A stretch of DNA of 64,000 nucleotides from Escherichia phage vB_EcoM_PHB13. The DNA lies in the sequence record MK573636; one strand, given 5' to 3'. The notes below the pieces were generated by a model. It was not told the origin of the DNA. It made no database searches and worked only from the letters and a program-made list of their open reading frames with translations. Shown piece by piece: positions 45,252 to 52,927 of the stretch. The number at the start of each line of letters is the position of its first letter. The stretch's first letter is position 1. Made by a program: the position numbers and the translations under genes.

Positions 45252-46734
45252 TATCATTAATCAGCTTGCAGCAACAGACAAAACATCGCTGAAAGAAAAG
45301 ATCCTGAAAGAATCTGCAAGCAATGAAACGCTGAAAGAATGCTTTTATCTGGCATATTGCAAACAGGTTACGTTTGGCGTAAAGAAATACGATAAACCAT
45401 CGCGTTATTCGTCTGTATTGTCTTTATCCGGTGCATTACAGGTCTTTAAAAATAAACTTGCCACGCGTCAAGTAACTGGTAACGCAGCATTACAGCTAGT
45501 TACCGATACTCTGACTTGCTTGTCAGAAGATGATGCTAAAGTTGCAATGATGGTCCTGAATCGTGATCTGGAATGTGGTTGTTCCGCTACCACTGCAAAC
45601 AAGGTATGGAAGAAACTGATCCCCCAGCAACCGTGTCACCTTGCATCGTCATGTTCTGATAAGACTATTGCTAATATCAAGTATCCGGCGTATGCACAAC
45701 TTAAAAGCGATGGCGCTCGTGGTATGGCTGATATTGACGGGGAAACATTAGCAATCTATACCCGTTCAGGTAATACCTATCAGGGACTTGATGATTTGTT
45801 TGCGGTTTTAGAGCGTCTACGAGGCCGTGGAATTGTTCTAGATGGCGAATTGGTATATATGCCTACCCTTTCGCAAACACCAGCGCAGAACTTCGTTGAG
45901 AGCATTTATGATGGTACTCTGTCATGGATATTTGAAGAAGAGGAAATGCCATTAACGCCAGTAGCGGAAGCAGTAAAAGAATCCGTTGTTGCAGATCGTC
46001 AGACCGGAAATGGTATCCTCAACAAATCACTGAAAGGAACTATTCCAAAAGAAGAAGCCCAATGTATTGTTTACACTGTCTGGGATGTTATCGACCGTGA
46101 TGTGTATTACGGAAACGAGAAAGCAACGAAGCAATATAAAGATCGATTCGAAGAACTAAAACAGATTGTTGAAGAACTTAACGATCCTCGTGTTCAGATA
46201 ATCGAAAACACTGTAGTTAACAATATAGATGAAGCTCGCGAAGTATATCATCGCTATGTAAACATGGGCTTAGAAGGTATTATCCTTAAAAATTTACATG
46301 GTGTATTTGAAGATCGTCGCAGTAAAGATCAGGTTAAATTTAAAGAAGTGATTGACTTCGACGCGGAAATTGTTGATGTATATCCGCATAGTAAAGACCC
46401 TAATAAGGTAGGCGGTTTTACTGTCCGTAGTGCGTGCGGACGAATGATGACTAACACCGGATCGGGATTGACTGACACCACAACCGAAAAAGGTGATGAT
46501 GGTATTGAACGTGTAATTCCGTTCGATCGTCGAAATGAACTCGACCGAGAAATGTTATGGGCTGACCGTCATAACCTGATTGGAAAAGTCATTGAGATGA
46601 CATGCAACGGGTATATCCGCAGCAAATCACGTAAAGAAGATGAACCGGAGTTCTCTTTATTTCTCCCGATCATCAAACGTATTCGCTACGACAAGACCAC
46701 TGCAAATACAGTAAAAGAGGTATTCGATGTGTGA
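45232..46734 (+). CDS. 30: ATP-dependent DNA ligase
   Basis: ...AYAQLKSDGARG (adenylation lysine motif)...VLDGELVY...EGIILKN...KFKEVIDFD... matches T4 gp30 (487 aa). Confidence 0.9.
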   Translation: MKMSILNIINQLAATDKTSLKEKILKESASNETLKECFYLAYCKQVTFGVKKYDKPSRYSSVLSLSGALQVFKNKLATRQVTGNAALQLVTDTLTCLSEDDAKVAMMVLNRDLECGCSATTANKVWKKLIPQQPCHLASSCSDKTIANIKYPAYAQLKSDGARGMADIDGETLAIYTRSGNTYQGLDDLFAVLERLRGRGIVLDGELVYMPTLSQTPAQNFVESIYDGTLSWIFEEEEMPLTPVAEAVKESVVADRQTGNGILNKSLKGTIPKEEAQCIVYTVWDVIDRDVYYGNEKATKQYKDRFEELKQIVEELNDPRVQIIENTVVNNIDEAREVYHRYVNMGLEGIILKNLHGVFEDRRSKDQVKFKEVIDFDAEIVDVYPHSKDPNKVGGFTVRSACGRMMTNTGSGLTDTTTEKGDDGIERVIPFDRRNELDREMLWADRHNLIGKVIEMTCNGYIRSKSRKEDEPEFSLFLPIIKRIRYDKTTANTVKEVFDV

Positions 46735-47200
46735 TAATGAAGGGGCGAAAGCCCCTAAACCTAAAAAATTGTCAAAGAAAGAGCAACGCCAGATCCTGAA
46801 AATGAAATATGGTGGACGTTGTGCCTATTGTGGCGAGGAACTAGGGGATCGCTGGCACGCAGACCACATCAAACCAGTATTGCGACGCTCAAAGGTAGTC
46901 TATGATGAAAATGGACGAATTGCCCGTAATGATGATGGATCGTGGAAGTATAAGGTTGTAGGAATGCATAAACCGGAACATGATATACTTGATAACATGA
47001 ATCCGGCGTGTGTGCAATGCAATCTTTATAAAAGCTGTATGGGCTTAGAATACTGGCGTAAGTTTATACGCGAGAACTTCCAGAAGTACATTCAGCGAAA
47101 TATGGGGTTGCGAGCGGCTAAACGCTTTGGCTTGCTGTCAATTCATGACCAGCCAGTAGAATTTTATTTCGAAAAGTACGAGCGCGAAAATAAGGAGTAA
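46727..47200 (+). CDS. HNH endonuclease-like protein
   Basis: CAYCGEE...WHADHIKP...NMNPACVQCNLYK is an HNH motif; true start may be downstream at MKYGG given the hairpin at 46743. Confidence 0.6.
   Translation: MCDNEGAKAPKPKKLSKKEQRQILKMKYGGRCAYCGEELGDRWHADHIKPVLRRSKVVYDENGRIARNDDGSWKYKVVGMHKPEHDILDNMNPACVQCNLYKSCMGLEYWRKFIRENFQKYIQRNMGLRAAKRFGLLSIHDQPVEFYFEKYERENKE
46743..46756 (+). other. GNRA-tetraloop hairpin just after the ligase stop
   Basis: GGGGC-GAAA-GCCCC with no T-run; lies in the annotated 5' end of the next ORF. Confidence 0.45.
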
Positions 47201-47207
47201 CCATTAT

Positions 47208-47552
47208 ATGTTCTTTATGTTTATCTATATCCTTTTTGTTTTCCTGGTAGGCATGTACGCAAGCCGTTTAAACCGTAGCGTTATCGGTTATGTTCTCCTA
47301 TCTTTGATCATTAGCCCGTTGATCACCTTTATCATTTTGTTGGTGTTGGGTCCAACTAAATCATATGAACAGGAACAAGCAGACAAGCTAAAAGCAGAGA
47401 TGGTAGAGAAACAATTTGTTCAACTGTATCTAGAAAACCCAGAGTTTGAGGAAGTTTCCACCCTTAAGCGAATGTATGACGATCTAACACGATACCCTAA
47501 CTATCGAAATGTGCTGGCTATGGAAGAAGCCATTAAGCTCATGAAAAAATAA
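47208..47552 (+). CDS. small membrane protein (114 aa)
   Basis: Two hydrophobic helices (FMFIYILFVFLVGMY, VLLSLIISPLITFIILLVLG). Confidence 0.5.
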   Translation: MFFMFIYILFVFLVGMYASRLNRSVIGYVLLSLIISPLITFIILLVLGPTKSYEQEQADKLKAEMVEKQFVQLYLENPEFEEVSTLKRMYDDLTRYPNYRNVLAMEEAIKLMKK

Positions 47553-47565
47553 TTCAAAAAAGTTG

Positions 47566-47594
47566 TTGACAGGGGATCACGTATCCCCTATACT
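47566..47594 (+). promoter_or_regulatory. early promoter with stem-loop (PeSL-like, GGGGATC family)
   Basis: TTGACA 47566-47571, stem GGGGAT-CACGT-ATCCCC, TATACT 47589-47594; conserved leader and AGGAGAATCAAAA-ATG. Confidence 0.6.
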
Positions 47595-47637
47595 ACACAC
47601 ATCAAAACGAAACACACTTTCTTAAGGAGAATCAAAA

Positions 47638-47949
47638 ATGAAATACATCGTAACGCTGCCAATGATTGACTTCGACGGAACCATGAACACCCAGAAGACC
47701 ATGAGCGCGGAGAACCAACTGAAAAACGCTACCCTGATTCGTGAAGTTCGCAAGGCACTGGCAAAAGAATTTAACACCAAAATTCATTCTGTAACTGGCG
47801 AACGTTTCGCGGATCATCTTGATATCAATATCAAACCAGTGCGCAACGGTGTTATCTCTGTAACAACCAACCGCCCACATGCTGACGCTGATAATCTGAC
47901 CGCTCGCGCAGAAGATGTAATTATGACCGTTATCATGGAAAAACTTTAA
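47638..47949 (+). CDS. hypothetical protein (103 aa)
   Basis: ORF after the cassette; shares A.R.VR.A.AKEFN.K with the 50954 ORF. Confidence 0.55.
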   Translation: MKYIVTLPMIDFDGTMNTQKTMSAENQLKNATLIREVRKALAKEFNTKIHSVTGERFADHLDINIKPVRNGVISVTTNRPHADADNLTARAEDVIMTVIMEKL

Positions 47950-47958
47950 AAAAAGTTG

Positions 47959-47988
47959 TTGACAGGGGAGGTTAAACTCCCCTATAAT
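47959..47988 (+). promoter_or_regulatory. early promoter with stem-loop (PeSL-like)
   Basis: TTGACA 47959-47964, stem GGGGAG-GTTAAA-CTCCCC, TATAAT 47983-47988. Confidence 0.6.
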
Positions 47989-48022
47989 ACACACATACCG
48001 AAACGAACTAGGAGAATCAATT

Positions 48023-48202
48023 ATGAACTTCAACGAAATCATCGCTAAAATCCGCTACAACGAAGAAACCATTGAACTGATGCAAAACAATATCACCAAT
48101 GGATATATGATTGCAGCGTCACAAGAAATCATTGATTTGACGGTAGCAGAAAATGCTCAGTTGAAACATCAACTTTCAACGGCTGGCGTGATTGTTATGT
48201 AA
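48023..48202 (+). CDS. hypothetical protein (59 aa)
   Basis: MNFNEIIAKIRYNEETIELMQ... after AGGAGAATCAATT-ATG. Confidence 0.45.
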   Translation: MNFNEIIAKIRYNEETIELMQNNITNGYMIAASQEIIDLTVAENAQLKHQLSTAGVIVM

Positions 48203-48219
48203 TAAAGAGAGGTGACTAA

Positions 48220-48522
48220 ATGGCAAAAGTTCAGGTAGGTGAGGTCTTCAAAATGGAAGACCATACCGTGGAAGAGATGAAAGGCGCAGTATTGAAAGTA
48301 ATTAATTCAATGTGGCGTAGTGTGCTTTACATCAACTTTATCGACGGTGATGTGTGGTGGGCTAGCGATAGCGATAAATGGGATATCAAGTTCTACAAAG
48401 GTCATACTCACTGGTTAGGATCAGAGGATGTTGTAGAAGTTCTGGCGGTTGATGTTATGCCAGGAGAGATCGAGAATCTTAGCGGAACAGCAAAAGAAGC
48501 ATTGACACGCCATTTTGCGTAA
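48220..48522 (+). CDS. H-x-H-W family paralogue 1 (100 aa)
   Basis: ...YINFIDGDV...KGHTHWLGSEDVVEVLAVDV... Confidence 0.55.
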   Translation: MAKVQVGEVFKMEDHTVEEMKGAVLKVINSMWRSVLYINFIDGDVWWASDSDKWDIKFYKGHTHWLGSEDVVEVLAVDVMPGEIENLSGTAKEALTRHFA

Positions 48523-48578
48523 TGTAGTATAACAATAATCGGGAGGGTAATACTCTCCCACAAATTGAGGATAATATT

Positions 48579-48770
48579 ATGTGTGGTCTTAAAATGGTTG
48601 CTGAATATAAGCGAACTGGTAATGTTATGATGTATCGACGCAATGCCAACGAAGAATGGAAACCTTCAAACCGCATTAAATCCATCCAGACGTTTATGAA
48701 TAACATCAAAGAAAACCTTTTCGTTAAGCGTGCTGGTGCTGGACATTGGGAAGTTTACGAAGCTGTATAA
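48579..48770 (+). CDS. hypothetical protein (63 aa)
   Basis: ORF after GAGGATAATATT-ATG; preceded by a stem GGGAG...CTCCC lacking a -35. Confidence 0.5.
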   Translation: MCGLKMVAEYKRTGNVMMYRRNANEEWKPSNRIKSIQTFMNNIKENLFVKRAGAGHWEVYEAV

Positions 48771-48786
48771 TTTTGAGGAAAATATT

Positions 48787-49095
48787 ATGGAACAAACTAA
48801 GCTATTTGTCGCGGAACCTTTTGTAAGAGACAATAAAAATCTGGCTAAAACAATCATTTTGTATTCGGATTGGATCTTTTATATCGATGGTAATTTAGAC
48901 GTATATTGTCGCACAGCTCCAACTGATTCGTTTTATATCGAAGAAAACGACACTCATAATCATTGGTATGATGGAAACGACAAAACCGAACTAGCTGTTG
49001 TCCTAGCGTCAGACGTAGAACCTGAAAACGCGGACAAAGTAGCAGACAAATTTATGAAGTACGCATATAAAGATAAAAATGAAGATGAAGAATAA
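48787..49095 (+). CDS. H-x-H-W family paralogue 2 (102 aa)
   Basis: ATG 48787; ...WIFYIDGNLDVY...DTHNHWYDGNDKTELAVVLASDV... Confidence 0.55.
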   Translation: MEQTKLFVAEPFVRDNKNLAKTIILYSDWIFYIDGNLDVYCRTAPTDSFYIEENDTHNHWYDGNDKTELAVVLASDVEPENADKVADKFMKYAYKDKNEDEE

Positions 49096-49102
49096 AAAGT
49101 TG

Positions 49103-49131
49103 TTGACAGGGGATCACCGATCCCCTATAAT
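49103..49131 (+). promoter_or_regulatory. early promoter with stem-loop (PeSL-like, GGGGATC family)
   Basis: TTGACA 49103-49108, stem GGGGATC-ACC-GATCCCC, TATAAT 49126-49131. Confidence 0.6.
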
Positions 49132-49165
49132 ACACACATACCAACGAGATATAGGAGAATCAAAA

Positions 49166-49333
49166 ATGTTCCAGACTAAAGCAGAATGCGAAGCATACAT
49201 TGTAGCAAACCACGGTGAAGACTACCTGAAATTCGATATCGTAGTAGCACAGAAGATCACCGGAATGGTTGCAAAATATCTGGGTGTTAAAGAAGGTTAC
49301 TATCCTAGCAACGCACCAGAAATTAACAAATAA
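49166..49333 (+). CDS. small protein (55 aa), copy 1 of a duplicated gene
   Basis: MFQTKAECEAYIVANHGEDYLKFDIVVAQKITGMVAKYLGVKEGYYPSNAPEINK; near-identical to 52424-52591. Confidence 0.6.
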   Translation: MFQTKAECEAYIVANHGEDYLKFDIVVAQKITGMVAKYLGVKEGYYPSNAPEINK

Positions 49334-49336
49334 TAG

Positions 49337-49371
49337 TTGACAATGATTAAAGGGAGTAGTAAGATACTCCC
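49337..49371 (+). promoter_or_regulatory. early promoter with stem-loop (PeSL-like, GGGAGTA family)
   Basis: TTGACA 49337-49342, TAAGAT 49360-49365 within GGGAGTAGTAAGATACTCCC. Confidence 0.6.
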
Positions 49372-49397
49372 ATCAAGACAACAAACGGAGAATCAAA

Positions 49398-49577
49398 ATG
49401 AAAGCTATCGAAGTTCAGAAGTACATGGAAATCATCGTTGAAAGTAAAGCACATTTAGTGTTGACTACTCACGTAGGATATGATAAAAATGTGCATATGC
49501 TGGTAGACAACATCGGCTGGATGAAGTTTAATCCTAACGAGAACGTACAAGCTCAAGAAATGACCATCCCTTTCTAA
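49398..49577 (+). CDS. hypothetical protein (59 aa)
   Basis: MKAIEVQKYMEIIVESKAHLVLTTHVGYDK...; not in the ORF track. Confidence 0.45.
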   Translation: MKAIEVQKYMEIIVESKAHLVLTTHVGYDKNVHMLVDNIGWMKFNPNENVQAQEMTIPF

Positions 49578-49589
49578 GAGGAATATATT

Positions 49590-49868
49590 ATGATGCGAAT
49601 TACTGCAACGCTGGATAAGACACACAAAGAAAGATTTTTCGGTATGATCTTAAAAACGCCGATTTTCGATAATTACCTTTATGTTGACTATAACGGTCAC
49701 ATTAGCTATAAATGTAAAAATGATATTCGTGATTCCTTTGGTGATAAATCACAAGCCGATATTCACGATCATTGGTGGAACCATGACGAACCTTTACGGG
49801 TTATCGCAGTTGATGTAAAAACAACAAAAGAAGCTGATAAGGTAGTGAATGATTATGAGCAAATTTAA
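49590..49868 (+). CDS. H-x-H-W family paralogue 3 (92 aa)
   Basis: ...NYLYVDYNGHISY...DIHDHWWNHDEPLRVIAVDV... Confidence 0.55.
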   Translation: MMRITATLDKTHKERFFGMILKTPIFDNYLYVDYNGHISYKCKNDIRDSFGDKSQADIHDHWWNHDEPLRVIAVDVKTTKEADKVVNDYEQI

Positions 49869-50064
49869 AGATTATAAAGCATATCAACAGATCTTGCGAG
49901 TATACGAACCAGAGTTCGCCGAAAAGATGATGGAAGATGCATCAAAATGCCCGTCCTTTTCTGGAAACAAAAACCATTATTCTACTGGTATTGTATCATG
50001 GAAAGAAACCGCATATACTCAACAATGGATAGATGTGTTTTCAAAAACTCTTGATTGGTGTTAA
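49855..50064 (+). CDS. small protein, MSKFKDY family copy 1
   Basis: MSKFKDYKAYQQI...MMEDASKC...; tandem paralogue of the next ORF. Confidence 0.5.
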   Translation: MSKFKDYKAYQQILRVYEPEFAEKMMEDASKCPSFSGNKNHYSTGIVSWKETAYTQQWIDVFSKTLDWC

Positions 50065-50066
50065 TT

Positions 50067-50282
50067 ATGAGTAAATTTAAAGATTATCGAGCATATAAAG
50101 CGATCTGCGATATATTCGATGAAAAGACCGCTCATGCAATGATGGAAGATGCAGAACAATATGAATCATTCGTCAATTCCAAAGATTGCACAGTAAACGA
50201 GGTTGTGTGCTGGAAAGATACAAAGTATGAAGAAAAATGGATTACTGTGTATTACGGAGAACTAGAATATGAAATTAACTAA
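50067..50282 (+). CDS. small protein, MSKFKDY family copy 2
   Basis: MSKFKDYRAYKAI...MMEDAEQY... Confidence 0.5.
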   Translation: MSKFKDYRAYKAICDIFDEKTAHAMMEDAEQYESFVNSKDCTVNEVVCWKDTKYEEKWITVYYGELEYEIN

Positions 50283-50589
50283 AAAGATTTTCCCAGAATT
50301 GCGTAACTGTCTGTTACTGGTTACTGAATATAAACCTTATACGATCTACTTGTATGTTGATGAAAATCTGAAAATCCGTTACTATGATTATACGTCTCCA
50401 GTAATGAGATCATTTGCTCACGCGATAGCAAACAATTGTATGAATCATAATCATTGGGTAAGTGATAATGATCATGATGCGTCAGAAGTTGTAGTGATCG
50501 CATGGAATCTATCACCAGCGGAAGCAGATCAAGCACGCATTAAGCATTATGCGAAAAACAATTGGTTTGACCTTATAAGTGAGGACTAA
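50269..50589 (+). CDS. H-x-H-W family paralogue 4 (106 aa)
   Basis: ...YTIYLYVDENLKIRYYDY...NHNHWVSDNDHDASEVVVIAWNL... Confidence 0.55.
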   Translation: MKLTKKIFPELRNCLLLVTEYKPYTIYLYVDENLKIRYYDYTSPVMRSFAHAIANNCMNHNHWVSDNDHDASEVVVIAWNLSPAEADQARIKHYAKNNWFDLISED

Positions 50590-50593
50590 TATT

Positions 50594-50872
50594 ATGTTCA
50601 AAGTAGGTGATAAGTTTATTCTTAGTCGTGATATTCTCCCTAATCTGAAAGGTTGTATCATCAATCCTAGTAAAAATTCATGGTTTTATCTGTTTATCGA
50701 CGACAAACTGAATGTACGCGCCGAATATAAAGAAGGTCTTCGTACTGGTCTAGGTTTCTTTCACGATCATGATCATAGCCATTGGCTAAACGGTGGATTC
50801 GAAGCAACGGTGCTAGCGGTTGATGTGACTTACACGAACATCATAGAAAAATATCAAAAAATTATTTTATAA
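50594..50872 (+). CDS. H-x-H-W family paralogue 5 (92 aa)
   Basis: ATG 50594 after GAGGAC; ...WFYLFIDDKLNV...HDHDHSHWLNGGFEATVLAVDV... Confidence 0.55.
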   Translation: MFKVGDKFILSRDILPNLKGCIINPSKNSWFYLFIDDKLNVRAEYKEGLRTGLGFFHDHDHSHWLNGGFEATVLAVDVTYTNIIEKYQKIIL

Positions 50873-50878
50873 AAAGTG

Positions 50879-50913
50879 TTGACATAAGATCGGGTGTATA
50901 GCATAATACACCC
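50879..50913 (+). promoter_or_regulatory. early promoter with stem-loop (PeSL-like, GGGTGTAT family)
   Basis: TTGACA 50879-50884, 17-nt spacer, CATAAT 50902-50907 in loop of GGGTGTAT...ATACACCC. Confidence 0.6.
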
Positions 50914-50953
50914 ATCGAAACGAGATACACTTTCTAACTAGGAGAATCAAATT

Positions 50954-51241
50954 ATGGCATACATCACTATCACTCTGAAAGTTAACAAATTTGCTCACGC
51001 TGCACACGAAACCGATAATGCAATCCGTAACAACAAGTTTGCACGTCTGGTACGCGATGCAGTAGCTAAAGAGTTCAACTTCAAATTTGCAGATGGTAAA
51101 GTTATCACTAAATGGACTCATGACGGCGAAACTAAAGTAGAACTTGCTGACAACTTCGCAAATCAGGAATATGCACACCGCCGCATCAATGAAATCATCA
51201 GCGATGAACTCTACTACGGAGTACAGGAAGGTTTGTTTTAA
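50954..51241 (+). CDS. hypothetical protein (95 aa)
   Basis: ORF after the cassette; weak similarity to the 47638 ORF. Confidence 0.55.
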   Translation: MAYITITLKVNKFAHAAHETDNAIRNNKFARLVRDAVAKEFNFKFADGKVITKWTHDGETKVELADNFANQEYAHRRINEIISDELYYGVQEGLF

Positions 51242-51245
51242 TATA

Positions 51246-51267
51246 GGGGGCGTTAAGCCCCTTTTAA
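51246..51267 (+). terminator. rho-independent terminator
   Basis: Hairpin GGGGC-GTTAA-GCCCC followed by TTTT. Confidence 0.55.
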
Positions 51268-51290
51268 TCTATCTGAATGAGGATATCACT

Positions 51291-51599
51291 ATGAAAAATC
51301 TTGTAGTTGAATTTACCCGCGAGAATTTACCACAATTTCGCAATTCTCTGCTTAAACTAGAGAACAGTAATTATGATGTATATTTTTACATCACCGAAGA
51401 TCTAGAGATCCTTTACGCTGATTACCCAGGTCCGATCCGTACCTTCGAAACCGCATCAAAATATAAAAATGTGCACGGTCATGAGCACTGGTTACGAGAA
51501 AACCCAGGTCGCAAGAAAGCACGCGTTAAAGTGTTGGCGATTGACATAACACCAGCATACGCCGACCGGATTGCACAGAATGATTATTTGTCTAAATGA
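51291..51599 (+). CDS. H-x-H-W family paralogue 6 (102 aa)
   Basis: ATG 51291; ...YDVYFYITEDLEILYADY...HGHEHWLRENPGRKKARVKVLAIDI... Confidence 0.55.
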   Translation: MKNLVVEFTRENLPQFRNSLLKLENSNYDVYFYITEDLEILYADYPGPIRTFETASKYKNVHGHEHWLRENPGRKKARVKVLAIDITPAYADRIAQNDYLSK

Positions 51600-51606
51600 T
51601 TTCATT

Positions 51607-51633
51607 AGCCGACCTTAGTGTCGGCTTTTTTAT
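51607..51633 (+). terminator. rho-independent terminator
   Basis: Hairpin AGCCGAC...TCGGCT followed by TTTTTTATT. Confidence 0.6.
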
Positions 51634-51657
51634 TGCATAAAATTTAAAAAAAAGGCA

Positions 51658-51686
51658 TTGACACCAGATCACGCCTATAGCATAAT
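51658..51686 (+). promoter_or_regulatory. early promoter (degenerate GGGTGTAT-family cassette)
   Basis: TTGACA 51658-51663, 17-nt spacer, CATAAT 51681-51686; right arm ATACACCC kept, left arm degenerate. Confidence 0.5.
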
Positions 51687-51726
51687 ACACCCATCGAAAC
51701 GAGATACCACTTAGGAGAATCAAACA

Positions 51727-51996
51727 ATGGCGCTGACTAAAACCACTACCAACTTTGCAAAACGTCACGGCTTCGACCTTGAAATCAATAGCTTTAACGA
51801 TTACACCCTTCTGTGTGTATATGAAATCGAAAATGATTGCGAGTGGATGTTCAGCTATCGCGTAAACGAAGACGGATCTTTCACTTGGAACGGAAATATC
51901 TATCTTGCACAGGAAGTAAAAGAAGAACTTCCGGCGACTATCAAAGATGAGAAACATTTACGTCAAGTTTTAAAATTTATTTCTGAAAATATCTAA
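51727..51996 (+). CDS. hypothetical protein (89 aa)
   Basis: ORF after TTAGGAGAATCAAACA-ATG. Confidence 0.55.
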   Translation: MALTKTTTNFAKRHGFDLEINSFNDYTLLCVYEIENDCEWMFSYRVNEDGSFTWNGNIYLAQEVKEELPATIKDEKHLRQVLKFISENI

Positions 51997-52003
51997 AAAG
52001 TTG

Positions 52004-52032
52004 TTGACACCAAAGTAAGAACATAGCATAAT
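52004..52032 (+). promoter_or_regulatory. early promoter (degenerate GGGTGTAT-family cassette)
   Basis: TTGACA 52004-52009, 17-nt spacer, CATAAT 52027-52032, then ATACACCC. Confidence 0.5.
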
Positions 52033-52065
52033 ACACCCATACCGAAACGAACTGGAGAATCAAAA

Positions 52066-52347
52066 ATGAAATTCATCAAAGCAACCGAAATCCTGAAAAA
52101 CAAAGAAGCATACATCGGAAACATCGTTGGTATGAACATTCGCGGCGCTGGTAGCCAGTGGACCAAACTGGTTGATGTTAAAGCTAAAGGCGATAAAATT
52201 GAGTTCACTGTAAAAATGCTTACTCATAACGCACATATGGGTATCAAGACAAAAACGATGGCAGCAGATAAAAGCATCAACTATCAGGATCTGGGTGATT
52301 GGCTGAACTGGTGCAAAATGCACAACATCGAAACTAATCACGAATAA
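52066..52347 (+). CDS. hypothetical protein (93 aa)
   Basis: ORF after GGAGAATCAAAA-ATG. Confidence 0.55.
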   Translation: MKFIKATEILKNKEAYIGNIVGMNIRGAGSQWTKLVDVKAKGDKIEFTVKMLTHNAHMGIKTKTMAADKSINYQDLGDWLNWCKMHNIETNHE

Positions 52348-52361
52348 TTTTAAAAAAGTTG

Positions 52362-52390
52362 TTGACGGGGATCGGGAGATCCCCTATAAT
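52362..52390 (+). promoter_or_regulatory. early promoter with stem-loop (PeSL-like, GGGGATC family)
   Basis: TTGACG 52362-52367, stem GGGGATC-GGGA-GATCCCC, TATAAT 52385-52390. Confidence 0.6.
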
Positions 52391-52423
52391 ACACACATAC
52401 CGAAACGAAATAGGAGAATCAAA

Positions 52424-52591
52424 ATGTTCGAGACTAAAGCAGCATGTGAAGCATATATCATTGAAACCCACGGCGAAGATTATCTGAAATTTGACATTGT
52501 AGTAGCACAGAAGATTGTAGGGATGGTTGCGAAATACCTCGGAGTTAAAGAAGGTTACTATCCAAGCAACGCACCGGAAATTAACAAATAA
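52424..52591 (+). CDS. small protein (55 aa), copy 2 of a duplicated gene
   Basis: MFETKAACEAYIIETHGEDYLKFDIVVAQKIVGMVAKYLGVKEGYYPSNAPEINK; about 90% amino-acid identity to 49166-49333. Confidence 0.6.
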   Translation: MFETKAACEAYIIETHGEDYLKFDIVVAQKIVGMVAKYLGVKEGYYPSNAPEINK

Positions 52592-52606
52592 TTTTTATAA
52601 AAAGTG

Positions 52607-52635
52607 TTGACAGGGGAGACACCCTCCCCTATAAT
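52607..52635 (+). promoter_or_regulatory. early promoter with stem-loop (PeSL-like)
   Basis: TTGACA 52607-52612, stem GGGGAG-ACACC-CTCCCC, TATAAT 52630-52635. Confidence 0.6.
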
Positions 52636-52675
52636 ACAACCATCAAGACGAGATACCACTTAGGAGAATCAAACA

Positions 52676-52927
52676 ATGGCTAACATCGAAACCGCAAAGA
52701 AAATCGCTAAAGACCTGAACGTTAAAGGCTTCCGTAAACTGAAATTACAGCGTGTACGCTACACCATCGGCAAACAGTGCTCTTTCATGAGCGAAGAAGT
52801 TGCTAACAGCCTCATTGATAACCTGATTGCGGCTGGCTGGGAAGTTGCGGATCTGAAAACTTGCCGCGAACTGGCTAACAAAGGTCTTTTAGATTCTGTT
52901 ACTATAAAACCAATGGGGGCAGCGTGA
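52676..52927 (+). CDS. hypothetical protein (83 aa), first gene of a coupled operon
   Basis: MANIETAKKIAKDL...; first 16 coding nt identical to the 54805 ORF; stop overlaps the next start (GTGA). Confidence 0.55.
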   Translation: MANIETAKKIAKDLNVKGFRKLKLQRVRYTIGKQCSFMSEEVANSLIDNLIAAGWEVADLKTCRELANKGLLDSVTIKPMGAA

